64,000 nucleotides of DNA from Asterias rubens (Eukaryota): NCBI RefSeq assembly GCF_902459465.1, contig NC_047073.1, positions 1,612,001 through 1,676,000 on the forward strand, in the 5' to 3' direction. The stretch's first letter is position 1. Each line of letters starts with the position of its first letter. Under the pieces are notes generated by a model, which was not told the origin of the DNA, searched no databases, and was given only the letters and a program-made list of their open reading frames with translations. Position numbers and translations under genes: made by a program. Positions 24,801 through 36,674 of this stretch are shown piece after piece.

Positions 24801-26145
24801 GGACCAAAATTTCTTTTACAAAACCTGAAACAAATGAGAAAGACTTTTCTACACAGTTACTCACAAAAATAGTTTTTTTAAAGTGCTTTATTCACCTGAA
24901 GGGCGTCTCAAAGCACTTCCAACATTATTACCCCTGGTCACTGGGCCTTAATTCATTCCTTAAACCATCTGAGCTCCCTGTGGAGTATACAACTTGTGTT
25001 AACGCGTTTATATGTAAACTGTTTATTTGACCGAGCACTAAAGACAACATCTCATTTGTCTAAAGGTATTACTCAACACAATTGTGGCGTGTCATGTCCG
25101 AGTGTTTAGAGCACCGGATTCAAGCTCTGGTATTTGACCAGCAGAGTGTGGGTTCGAATCCCGGTCGTGACACTTGCTACGTCAAATTGGGGAGGTAGTG
25201 CTTTCTGCTCTACCAGCCAGGCTTCGGACTAATGGTACCAAAGCCTACACACGTATGGACTGTAAAAGGGGCAACCCTGTTTCAGCCCTAGGAGCAGGTG
25301 GCAAAGGCCTTTGGAAAACAATAATTGTAGCCCACACCTTGAAGTGGCCTTCAGGCCTTGTGTGTCTGGCGACGTGCATAAACAGAAATTATAACAAAAT
25401 TGAATAATACTGAATACCCGTAGACTCAAAGTCAGCATTTGAACAGCATTTTTTTTTTTACAGAGCGAGGTACATTTACGGAACGCCCCACAAGCACGCA
25501 CTAAAATACTCATCCAATCCAATTAGAACATTCCTACCGTTCGGACATTTGAGAGACTCTCTTAATAATAATAATAGTGGCTTCTTGTATAGCGTATATA
25601 TCCATCACTCAGTGATGCACCTAGTGCTGTAACATACAGTAGGGAGGTTTCTAGGTGACGTCACCACTTTGGGTTTATTTCATGCTCACATATGACGTCT
25701 ATGCTCACATATGGTCTGCACGTACGTACCTGAAGTGAAAAATGGTAACTTCACGTATGCTTAAAGCGTGAGATTCTAACAACACAATTTTCTGACGTTC
25801 ATGTTCACGTATTTGCTTGCGCAACATACAGCTACATCTCCCTAGTAATTCCTGCAAGGTATGTGGGACTACGTTTGAATTATGAGACATATTACTTTAC
25901 CGCACCATGTAATGGTTGACAAGGTTCTGTGGCGCAATATGCTGCAAATCAGACCAGGAAAACTGAGGCGAACCCCTTCTCTTTTCGTTTAGTGCACTGG
26001 GCTCTTTTACGTGCGTAGAACATTCCTACAGGGCCATGATTTGTGACACTCTTCCAGCCCAGAAAATTGCAGAGGTCAGCCGGTCATCTTTGCCGCCCTC
26101 TTGCAACCCGAAAAAACAAAACAATTTATCTCGCAGAAGATGTTG

Positions 26146-29100
26146 CTACTCGTAGTAGACCAGCCTTATGTCATACATGTAGACAACTGAATCCTTTTCA
26201 CCGGTGTCCATCTGGATGAATCTATGGTTGACATGCTTAACAAATCTCAGCGTCTCCTTGTCGCGGTACACCAGTGACAGGGCGTTGCTCTCGGGGCATA
26301 TGCTGAGAAGCTGCAGAAGAAAAATAAAGATGTGGAAGGATGGGATGGAGTCAAAATCTTTATGGAAGAAAATAAAGCTCCCTGGGGAGTATACAGCCCT
26401 GAGTTGCCATGGCGCTCCAGTGGGTTTTCATTCAAAAAATTTGGGTGTCATGGCCGAGCGGATAAGAGCACCGAGCTCAAGCTCTGGTGTTTCTGTTCAG
26501 CAGAGCGTGGGTTCAAATCCTGGTTGTGACACTTGTGTCCCTGAACAAGACTCTTTACTATAACGCTTCTCTCCACCCAGGAGTAAATGGGTAGAGACTT
26601 GTGGTTGGTTTAGCTTAGTGTGCTACATATTTGGCGGCACAGGCTGTATACTCCCCAGGGAGCTGAGATGGTTTAAGGAATTAAATGGCCCAGTGTTCAG
26701 GGTTATAATGTTATAAGCGCTTTGAGACATGGTGTATAAAGCGCTGTATAAAAACCGAATATTATTATAGGATTTGAAAATTAACTGTACTACCGCGGTG
26801 CCAGTTCTATTATTATTATACACAATATCAAACTCCACCCTCACAGATACCCCTTGGTGAAGAGAAGCATTTATAGTAAAGCATCTTGCTCAAGGACACA
26901 AGTGTCACGACCGGGACTCGAACCCGCACTCTGATGACTTAACCACAAGAACTTGAAATCAATGCTCTTAACCACTCGGCCACGACTCCCCACAAGAAAA
27001 GGTGGCACTTGTGGTGCTTTTAAAAAAGAAGTGATAAACTGAAAAACCTCTTTACCTCATCATCCTCTGCCTTAGCAATGTATGTGATGTATCCACCATG
27101 ATCCATTTGCCAGCCTAAAAGAAAATGGTACAATTAAACAGAATCTTGAAAATCTTTGTTAGGCCGTGTCCGAAACGACGACTTCGGCTACAGCTACGTC
27201 TAGATCAGCGCGTCTACAAGTGTTGAAGAATAGGCAGACGCGCGCGAGCTAGCCGTAGCTGTAGCCGAAGTCGCCGTTTCGGACACGGCCTCACAGGTTA
27301 TGTTCTAACAGTAAAGCGCAGCGGACTGAAGCTCATTGTTTCTGATGTGCAGAGTGTTGGTTCAAGTCCCGGTCGAGACACTTGTACCCCAGAGCATGAT
27401 GCTTCACCATAATGCTTTGTTCTTCGAATGTACTAGCTAAAAGAACCCAGAACACATATCATAGAAGAGTAGGGGTTAACCCCAGTGTTTCTGGTTCACA
27501 AAGCAAGCATCCTTGTTTATAGGTTACCTCAGGTTTGCGAGGTACAGTGATCAAGTTCACTTGAAGGCACCATTGTTTTCATTACCAGATATATATAGCG
27601 TTCAATTAGCTTCCCTGGGTTGACCCCGCGGTGCTCACTCGGGTGAGCCCCTCACAAGAGCTAATCGAACGATCACTCACCCTCTCGTGGTGACACCATG
27701 CACCTCGGGCCAGCCCCAAGTGACCCACTCCACAGGCAGGGCACTTGGACTGACCCAGGTGAGCCCCTGGAATCATGTCAAAGCTTTTCAAACCTACCGG
27801 GGGCAGACAGGGTGCAACATAGGGAAGCTAATCGAACGCAACCTAAAACATACTTCTCTTCTTTCACTACATTTTGAAGGGTCAATTAGGGTTTGAGAAA
27901 ATCCTGAAATCAACTTAAAATCCAGGGAAATAACGAGCCTGTAAACAAGAAAAACCAAATCAAAATACCTATAGGGCAGTTGAACTGTATGACAGCATCC
28001 AGAGCAAACTCGGACCCTTCTGTGTCCGTGTCGTGCATCAGTGTGTAGCAACCATGTGACCAGCGTCTCACCTCAGCTCGACATCTTGGATTACACACAG
28101 GCTTGGGTTCTGCAATGACAGTTGTAGTAAAGATAATTTCGGTTGTGGTAAAGACAATTTCACTTGAGGTTAAATCAATTTCACTTGTGGTAAAGAAAAT
28201 TTCAGTTGTGGTAAAGACAATTTCACTTGTGGTAAAGACAATATCACTTGAAATTACCAAAAGTGTCCAGTGCCTTTGGGTAGGAACAATATCCCGCCTG
28301 AATCCTACTCACTTGAGTTACCAGTATCTTCTTCTTGTTCCTGACTTTCCTCCTCTGCTTTCTCATCTTTCTCCTCCTCTTTCTTATCACTCCCCTCCTT
28401 CCCCGCCTCCGCCTCCTCTTCCCCCTCCCTCTCCTCCTCTTTATCATCATCATCATCACTGTCATTGTCCGGCGCACTCTCGTGTAACTTCAGCCCAGTA
28501 AAGTTAGACATTGTTAGAAACATGTGTTCAGATTGCAGAACCTTCAGGCACTGTTGCACTACCTCGGGTAATGTTGATCTGTCAGCCCTCTCATAATTTC
28601 TATAGTTTCAGCAAAACAAAAACAAAAATAATAATATTTTATTCCAAAGTGGACCATACCCCATAACCCTGGGAAGGGTAACACTTTTATAAGAATAAAT
28701 TACAGTTAGTGAATAAGTCATACGAAAAGGGATTTTAAATTAGAACAAAAACACATACATTGGAAAAGCATAATCACACAGTTTGATTTTCTTTTAAAAG
28801 AGTAAGTAAAAAGACATACTTGGCAACGCAATTAATTATAGCCTCGTTGGGAGTATCCATTAAAAACTTAAACCTATCTTCCCAACCAGGCACTTTACAA
28901 TTAAAATAAGAAAAACTATAACGTTTAACCACGAGCAAAGTAAATCATGAAAAAAGTATGATCAAATGTGATCATTATAGAGCAATAAAGTATAAGGATA
29001 TATAAGCAATCAATCACAACAGTAAAAACCATGTAAAATATAAAATTCCTGAAAAAGATCCACAAAAGAGTGTCATGGCTGAGTGGTTAAGAGCATCAAA

Positions 29101-32100
29101 TTCAAGTTCTGGTGCTAAGTCACCAGAGTGTGGGTTTGAATCCCGGTAGGGACACTCGTGTCCTTGAGCAAGTTCTCTTCACCCAGGGGTATGTGGGTAC
29201 CTGTGAGGGTAGAGGTTGATATTGTGAATGAAAAAGCCTTTGTTGCCCAGGTTGTATTTTCCCCAGGGAGCATAGAAACATTTTCCAGTGCGAATTGTGA
29301 GTGTCAATGCGTCACGCTCCGTATACGGACAGTGCAAAAATTACATTCCAAACTTTGTGCGCATGCATTCTGTTCGTCGCAAAATAACGTTCTGAAATTT
29401 TAAACTTTCCAACTCGGCCTCGTTGGATATGGGAGGCAGAAGTGCTATATTTTTCCGTATTCCACTCGCGCTTGTGTGATAACTTATAATAACACAGTAC
29501 TTATAAAGCGCATGGCAAAAAAGTCTTGATGCGCTTTATAACAATGAAGGCAAATAAAACAACCATACAGGCAATAAAACAAGCAGGTAACTTTTAAGAA
29601 GCGATTTAAAAACATTTCGAACTGCCCCTAGCTATCGGGTAATCTCGGTTGTCCAGTTGGCAAGACACTGCTCTTGAATTGCAACGGTGGTGGGTTTGAA
29701 TCCCACCTGAGTAACATGCCTGTGATATTTTCACCCACTTCAAGCTTAGCATACAAATACTTAGCAGTATTTACCGCTTACAACAGCTTTATGAAATTGG
29801 ACCCTGGCCAGTATCATTTTGTTATGCTAAGCTACTTTCTGCGCTTACAGCAGCTCTATGAGTTTGAGCCCAGCCGATGCGTCCTGACATACCTTTTATT
29901 AGCTGGCCCTCTCCTTTCCCAACTAATGTCGGAGCTTTCTAGAGCCTCACATATCATCTCATACTTTGCCTCCTATAATCAGAATCAAAAAGGTTCAAAT
30001 AAATAATTGACAAATTGTCAAATTACATGAGGTAATAAAACATCAAGGCCAAGTTTCATATCTCTGCTTACCGCAGAAATCTGCGCTTAAGATCACTATT
30101 CTCCGCGTACGTGCAACTGCCAAACTGCTGCGCTAGCTGTGTAAGCATAGAATGCCCAACAACGTTGAGTACGCCTGTGCACAAACAAAAATTCCCTGCT
30201 GACCTGTGAAATACGCTTGACGTAAGCACAGAATTCCCTGCTTCTGTAAGCGCCGACATAAAATTAGGACCTGATAGAAACAGTGGCTTAAAATGCATGT
30301 GACATCATTTCAGTAGGGCGTCCTCGCCTAGAGGTCAAAAGGAGGTTGGTCATAGGCTAATCCTGTGTGCAGAGCGTACAAATAATCTGTCCTTTTTTGT
30401 TTGTTTCGTCATCAGTTATCAGTTTGCCTTTAAGATGGCTGCTGGATGGCGTCAAATGCATAATGTCTATTGCCCCAACTGTTGTTGAAGCTGTTAGAAA
30501 GTCTTACTTGAAATAACACAGAAACGCTCACAAAACTACACACCCACGCAGCATTCCCGGGTTCTCCTTCACGAATGCTTAACTTACCGAAAGAAAGTTC
30601 TCCAATTCGATCTCCGAATCATTGGTGAATCTATCCTGGATTTCTGATTGGTTGAGAACATCCAAATACAATGGATTGACCCAGTGGTAGATTTCGTCAT
30701 CCTAGAAGAATTATTGGGCGTAAGAAGTTTACACATCAGTTTGAACGTCTGAAACACAGTGATGGGTTTAAGTTGAACCACACACATGACATTTAACCCT
30801 TACAATACACTCGGGCTCCTGCATCACTTACCTCGATTGTAATGTGCGGATGAAGTTCAGGTTTAGGTTCGATGTACGGCGTTGGTCTGTCAATTTGTGA
30901 GCCATGGAACCAGCCACTGACCGACAGACGACACTTGTCCTCACACAGCACCTCTGCTACCTGGTCAAATAATGTCAGAAATGTGGTCAGGAAAATGTCA
31001 GCCTGAATCTGGTAAGCATAAAGTTGTTATGCTAAGCTGTTTGTTGTGCTTATAAGCAGTTCTATGAAATTCGGCCAAGGTATATAAGCAGAGCCATGAA
31101 ACTGGGCCCTGCACGTACTCCCTTTAAAGACACTGAACACGTTTGGTAATTGTCAAAGACCAGTATTCTCACTCAGTGTATCCCAACATACGCATAAAAT
31201 AACAAGCCTGTGAAAATTTTGGCTCAAATTGGTAGTCGAAGTTGCAAGAAAATGATAAAAGAAAAAGCACCCTTGTTGTACAAATTAGTGTGCTTTCAGA
31301 TAGGAATAAAAGGCTTCTGACCAGAAGTCTTAATATTTTCTCAAAAACCACGTTACTTCAGAGGGAGTCGTTTCTCACTATGTTTGATACTATCAACAGC
31401 TCTCCGTTGCTCAATACCAAGTAAGTTTTTATAATAATATATATTTTGAGTAATTACCAAACGTGTACAGTGCCTTTAATCAAACTCGAATTGTTGTTAC
31501 AGAAACAGTTTGAAAAAGTGCCACATTCCGTGTCTCACCTGATGAAACGACACCGGGTTTACTTCGAAGAACACAAAGTTATTCCATTTGGGAAAAAGAG
31601 ACTTTACAACCTGGCTCGGCTGACCATGCTCTGCAAGAAAACAAAAGTGGTAACCAATTTCCTGAACCAGACATGCAATTTGTGTAGACTGATTTGAAGG
31701 TTTGCACGGTGGAGGTACAACATTAGATAAGAATAAGCCTGGGGAGACTGGTGCGACTAGTGTCAAAGCCGTGACTATTGCTTTATTCGAGTCGTGTCTA
31801 ACATGTTTAAGCAGCTCCATGAAAATGGGTCCAGCAAAAATTCCATAAAGTTTACACTGTTGTGACTGGTGCCCAACTCACTTTTGGCTTAGCACGGTAT
31901 TTTGCTTAAAGATACTGGACACTATTGGTAATTGTCACAGACCAGTGTTCTCACTTGGTCAATCTCAACATATGCATAAAATAACAAACCTGTGAAAATT
32001 TGAGCTCAATTGGTCGTCTAAGTTGCGAGATAATAATGAAAGAAGAAAAAACCCTTGTCACACGAAGTTGTGTGTGTTTAGATGGTTGATTTCCGAGTCC

Positions 32101-35100
32101 TAAAGTTCTAAATCTGAGGTCTCGAAATCAAAATGGTGGAAAATTACTTCTTTCTCAAAAACTATGTCACTTCAGAGGGAGCCGTTTCTCACAATGTTTT
32201 ATATCACCAACCTCTCCCCATTACTCGTAATCAAGAAAGGTTTTATGCTAATAAATATTTTGAGTAACTACTAATAGTGTCCACTGCCTTTAACAGCTTT
32301 ATGATATTGGGCCCACGCTTTGTCTGAGTGTGCTTACCGTCAACATTGAAGAGGTCCAGCGATCCGCCATCTTGCTCTGTCCAGCTGGGTAGGAGATAGA
32401 AGATAAAAGCGATTCGTCTGCCACCAAGTTCATCGTCGTGGCAGAGAAGGGCATCTGGAAATCATAAATTCAATAACCAAACGATAGATAAAATTTCACT
32501 CAGTTGTTGAAAGGCACTGGACACCCTTGGGATTTGTCAAAGACAAGAGTATTCTCACTTGGTGCATCCCAACATATGTTAAAAATTACAAACCTGTGAA
32601 AATTTGGACGTAATTGGTCATCGAATTTGAAAGTGAATAAGAAACGAAAAAACATGCTTGCTTGCTGCAAAAATGTGTGTATTCAGATGTCAAAAAAATG
32701 CTTCAGGCCTGAAATCTTTTAATATTTGAGTGAGAAACCTTCAGGGGAAGTCGTTTCTCATGTTCATTTCATACTATCATTATTTCTCCATTGCTCGTTA
32801 CCAAGTAAGTTTTTATGCTTACAATTATTTTTTACTAAGTACCAATACTGTCCAGTGACTTTAACATCTTACGCTACCAACGGAAGGGAACATCTATAAA
32901 GCTGACAATTTAGACAATGCCCAGCCAAACAACTTATAAGAAGGTTCATTTAAGAAAACCTATTTTTGGCAGGTTTTCCACCCACCATCTGCCTACCTGT
33001 GTAGTTGTACTTTGAACAAGTCATATCCACTGTGTCGTTCAGTGTTATACCCGTAACTTCCCTCAGCCAACACAAGAAATCTTCATACAAAAATTTTCTG
33101 AAAGAAATTAACACAGATATTTTTCATTATCCTCTTGATTAATTTCCACTTTTTCTACCTTCTTTATAAACTCTTTACAAAAGTTTCCTGAAAAGATTTT
33201 TTTTAAATGTACAAAAATCTACACTAGTGCATCTGACTTTATATTTGTTTCATTTACAAACATTAACCAAGATTTGCTTTTATTTGTAGCTATACATGTA
33301 CTAAGAATTCTTGTTATGTATTTAAAGGGTAGGGATGAGTTCTTAAACATCTGTTTAAAACAGGCAGGGTCGTGACCAGGCGATAAAGGCTTGAGCCAAA
33401 GGCAAAAAAGCCCGAGCCACAAGAGTCGTCGAAAGGCGTAATAAAGTAGGAAACTCTGTCAAAACGGGTGGTGCATTTTTATGAGACAGTTTTTGGATAT
33501 GCATTTGTGCACGTAGTTATGCATCCTTGTATCCATGGGCTAAAATGAGGAGGCGAGATCGTTCACCCCTGGGAACAAGGTTGTGGGCTTACCCGCACAA
33601 ATGCTATCCGAAAACAACCGGTTATAAACAGCTTCAGCTGGTCATTATCAACCGAATAAACACCCCTTACGTGAAACGCTCTCCACCAATAGGAATAACG
33701 AAACTGTCTGGGGTATTTATGAATGAAACTTCAAAATGAATAATGAAAAGAGAAAAAAACAATAATGCCAAGACAAAAAGTATGGTCACAACAATATATT
33801 TTGTATAGTTCCCTACTTCACTCACCTTAATCCAATGATGTGAGGGGATGAATAATTTTGCAGTGCACCAGACTGTTTGGAAATAAACAAAATACATTAA
33901 TTATTGACAAGGGGTGATCAATTTCGCCGCACCACTCATTTTGCAAAGGGCACTTTCATTGGAAAATCTTAAAGTCAATGGGAAACTTTTGAAGGGGCAC
34001 CAAGGCCAAGACCAGGGGGCAACAGAGGCCATGACCTGCATGTTATTCCAGGCCTGCCACTTCATAAGCCTTTAACTATATAAGTGGGTCTGGATCATAG
34101 CAAGAGTTTACATATTTGTGGGGTGTCGTGGCCGAGCGGTTAAGAGCACCGAATTCAAGCTCTGCTGATTCTGTTCAGCAGTGTGTGGGTTCGAATCCCG
34201 GTCGTGACAATTGTGTCCCTGAGCAAGACACTTAACCATTATTGCTTCTCTCCACCCAGGGGTAAATGGGGACCTGTGAGGGCAGAGATGGTTCTTGTGG
34301 TTGATTTAGCCGAGTAGCGCATTTGTTGCACGAGGTCGATTCTCCCCAGGGAGCTGAGATGGTTTAAGGAGTGAATTAAGGCCCAGTGACCAGGGGTAAT
34401 AATTTGAAGCGCTTTGAGACACCCATTCGGGAGTGAAAAAGCGCTATATAAACTAAAAATATTAAATATTATATTTCTGAGCCACCTTGGACGTACTCAG
34501 TCTTAGACACAGTCACCGTGGTCAAGTGGTTAGACTGCAAGACTTGCAATCACAAGGTTGTGGGTTCGAATCCCCAGCTAATCGCTGATTTCACAATGAC
34601 TAGATTAAATATTGTCGTCTAGTTACTGAATCACAATTTGTATGAGAGAGATTGGTTGTTGCCAGCTTGATGTTTATAGCCCCTTGTGGGAGTTTGCCAA
34701 GTTCCCTTGATGGGAAGATCATCTAAACAAACAAACAAACTCCTAGTAAGCTTGGGCGATATCGATTTATTTTATTCACGATATCTCGCTGACAATATAT
34801 CGCGATATTCGATATAATCGCGATTAATGAAATTTGACATCATCAGTCTTCAAACTCCGAGTGAAAGTTGTAGAAGAGACAGTCATAGCATAAGAGAGGT
34901 GTTCTAATGACCTATTCTACTGGTTTTACTCCAAACCTATGGGGTGCAAGATGTCTCAGCTAGCAAATACATCGCGATGTTTAATCGATATTGCGATATA
35001 TCGCGATTATCGCGATTATCGCGATATATCGCGATATATCGATATTTCGATTAAAACCAAATCCATCCGATATTGAAATCGTTTCCAAATTAATATCGCG

Positions 35101-36674
35101 ATATTCGATAATATCGTGATATCGCCCAAGCTTAACTCCTAGAACTATGAGGTTCGTTCTGCTACCAAATCCACGTGGAGACGATAGCGGAACGAACCTC
35201 ATAGTTTTAGGAGTACCTCAGATGTAGCCCCTACCTGCTGAAATTTGTAGAGATCATTGGACTTTTCTTTGAAGGGCAACCCGAGAAGATCGTCTTTAAG
35301 ACCCTGTAAAAAATTTGTGTCCTTCACAAAGTTGGGAAGTACACAGCAACTGAAGGGGTCATTGTGTAGTTTAGCTCCACTTTCTGAAAGTACAAACAAG
35401 AAAATATTAACAAATAACAAGCGGAAAAACTGAAGACGCCCCAGGCCTGCTGTGTCATCTAATCAAGATCATGCTGCTAATTGACTAATCCTACTCCTAG
35501 AACTAGGTTCGTTCCGCTATCGTCTCCACCATAGAGACCAAAGCGGAAACAAACACTTATATTCATACTGCTAATGTCTGTTGGTCTGATCCACTACGTA
35601 TCTCTACCATCCCCATGGCCATACGGAGTGGATTGGACCAATTAATGGGGCCAAGTCTAGACTAGTACTGCAGTAGACAAGTGAGAGAACAGAGTGGCAT
35701 CGAGAGAGAGAACATGTGTAACGCGAGACGTAAGGACTAAGGTTTATCTCGAATAGCAAAATATCAAGAGAGGGCGCTGTTGAACCCACACAAAGATATA
35801 GGCCATGCGTGCGAACACCGTGCATGACAACATACACCGCGGTAGCAAATGCCCCATCTGCCTACCCATGACGCATTGCGGTTCTGAATCGCGATAAACC
35901 TTGACCGATCGCGCCCAACAGATCTACCTCCATGCATGCACAGACCATCACAGACCTTCATCTTCCTTTCTTCCGCCCTGGGGTGGAGTGTGGGTGAATG
36001 ACCCACGTACCATCTACTTCATAAGGCTCCCCCCCCCCCCCAGAAGGAGCCTTTTTATAGTTATAGTTTCTAGAAGTACGTACCCTCTACTCCTAGAACT
36101 ATTTTGGTTTCGCCCGGCTAACATCTCCCGTAACAAGACGATAGCGGGACGAAACCAAAATAGTTCTAGGAGAAGAGGGTACGTACCCTCTACCCAGCCA
36201 GCAGCATAAGGTTTTGCAATTACCCCTGACTGATTTTACTGAATGGCCGCAATGCACTGTGGGATGGGAAAAGGGGCTTTGTAAGCCCCATCCCCAAAAG
36301 TGCCTTTCGGCAATTCAGAAAAATCAGTCAGGCGGTAATTGCAATAAACCCTATGCAGAACCCAACCCTACATTTGGGGAGCCTTAAAACAAACTAGGAA
36401 GTGCCCCCACACACCAGAGAGGAACCAGAGACCCTACAAAAACTACATTCCCAGGTCACTGGACGCACGATCACCCATTTCACTCACCGTGCTCGAAAGC
36501 AGCCCGACCCCTGAACGCAGCACCCAAGTTGTCTTTGAAACTCTTCTCTTCGTAGCAAGAATTTAGGTCCGCAGGAACCAAATTCGAAGACCCCGTCTTC
36601 TTCCTTTTCTTCCCTGATTTCGTGGCTTCATGGGTATCTGGATCGTGTCTCTTGTTTTCGCAATTACTTGTCAT
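26146..36674 (-). CDS. OGFOD1: Prolyl 3-hydroxylase OGFOD1 (Tpa1 orthologue; RPS23 hydroxylase), about 552 aa. Exons (minus): 36674-36488, 35383-35235, 33872-33826, 33097-32997, 32454-32338, 31630-31539, 30960-30832, 30701-30588, 29972-29893, 28599-28322 (or 28313), 28109-27969, 27114-27056, 26310-26146.
   Basis: Phases are consistent over 13 exons. Motifs [36 protein letters not shown] (HxD), [13 protein letters not shown] (distal His), [10 protein letters not shown] (2OG-binding Arg), [15 protein letters not shown], acidic insert, [19 protein letters not shown], and C-terminal YYE*. Confidence 0.95.
26443..26820 (+). mobile_element. SINE family A, near full length; a minus-strand copy follows at about 26820-26990
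   Basis: Same tRNA head, body, AAGCGCTTTGAGAC..GCGCTGTATA 3' segment and ATT tail. Confidence 0.8.
27161..27291. mobile_element. Small hairpin MITE
   Basis: Arms AGGCCGTGTCCGAAAC..GACTTCGGCTACAGCTAC and GTAGCTGTAGCCGAAGTC..GTTTCGGACACGGCCT. Confidence 0.75.
28115..28252. repeat. Tandem array of about 6.5 x 21 bp in an OGFOD1 intron
   Basis: Unit about GGTAAAGACAATTTCACTTGT, beginning within a few bases of the exon 11 acceptor. Confidence 0.85.
29070..29290 (+). mobile_element. SINE family A, 3' truncated
   Basis: GTGTCATGGCTGAGTGGTTAAGAGC head and TCCTTGAGCAAG..CACCCAGGGG body. Confidence 0.7.
31906..32293. mobile_element. MITE family A inserted at the TTAA of another repeat
   Basis: Flanks read TTTTGC|TTAA..TTAA|CAGCTTTATGA, whereas the uninterrupted paralogue at about 21010-21045 reads TTTTTGCTTAACAGCTTTATGA. 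Confidence 0.88.
33940..34056. repeat. Dispersed repeat family (GGGCACTT.CATTGGAAAATCTT..GGCACCAAGGC); copies at about 11120-11280, 20690-20900, 21050-21170, 24560-24710, 57270-57345
   Basis: The same motif string recurs in both orientations, often bounded by CAGGCCTG. Confidence 0.6.
34118..34476 (+). mobile_element. SINE family A, full length
   Basis: Best-preserved copy: GTGTCGTGGCCGAGCGGTTAAGAGCACCGAATTCAAGCTCTG..GTGGGTTCGAATCCCGG, complete body, GCGCTATATAA and ATT-rich tail. Confidence 0.85.
34511..34740 (+). mobile_element. SINE family C with an (AAAC)n tail; second copy at 39716-39998, fragment at about 43535-43612
   Basis: Head ACCGTGGTCAAGTGGTTAGACTGCA.GACTTGCAATCACAAGGT.GTGGGTTCGAATCCCC, shared body and GGGAAGATCAT..(AAAC)n end in both copies. 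Confidence 0.75.
34747..35134. mobile_element. hAT-type MITE with an 8-bp target-site duplication
   Basis: TIR TAAGCTTGGGCGATATC / GATATCGCCCAAGCTTA flanked by direct repeat ACTCCTAG (34739-34746 and 35135-35142); internal ATCGCGAT-rich repeats. Confidence 0.85.

Noticed and set aside
19900-26100. Hidden gene in the 6-kb interval between the ZIP and OGFOD1 3' ends
   Set aside because: ORFs there translate MITE/SINE sequence; I found no spliceable exon chain or recognisable domain.
34118-34210. tRNA-Leu/Ser-like genes (also near 243, 25083, 26443, 29070, 34511, 38358, 39716, 56196)
   Set aside because: Each continues into a shared SINE body and tail, or is a degenerate head; stems are imperfect.
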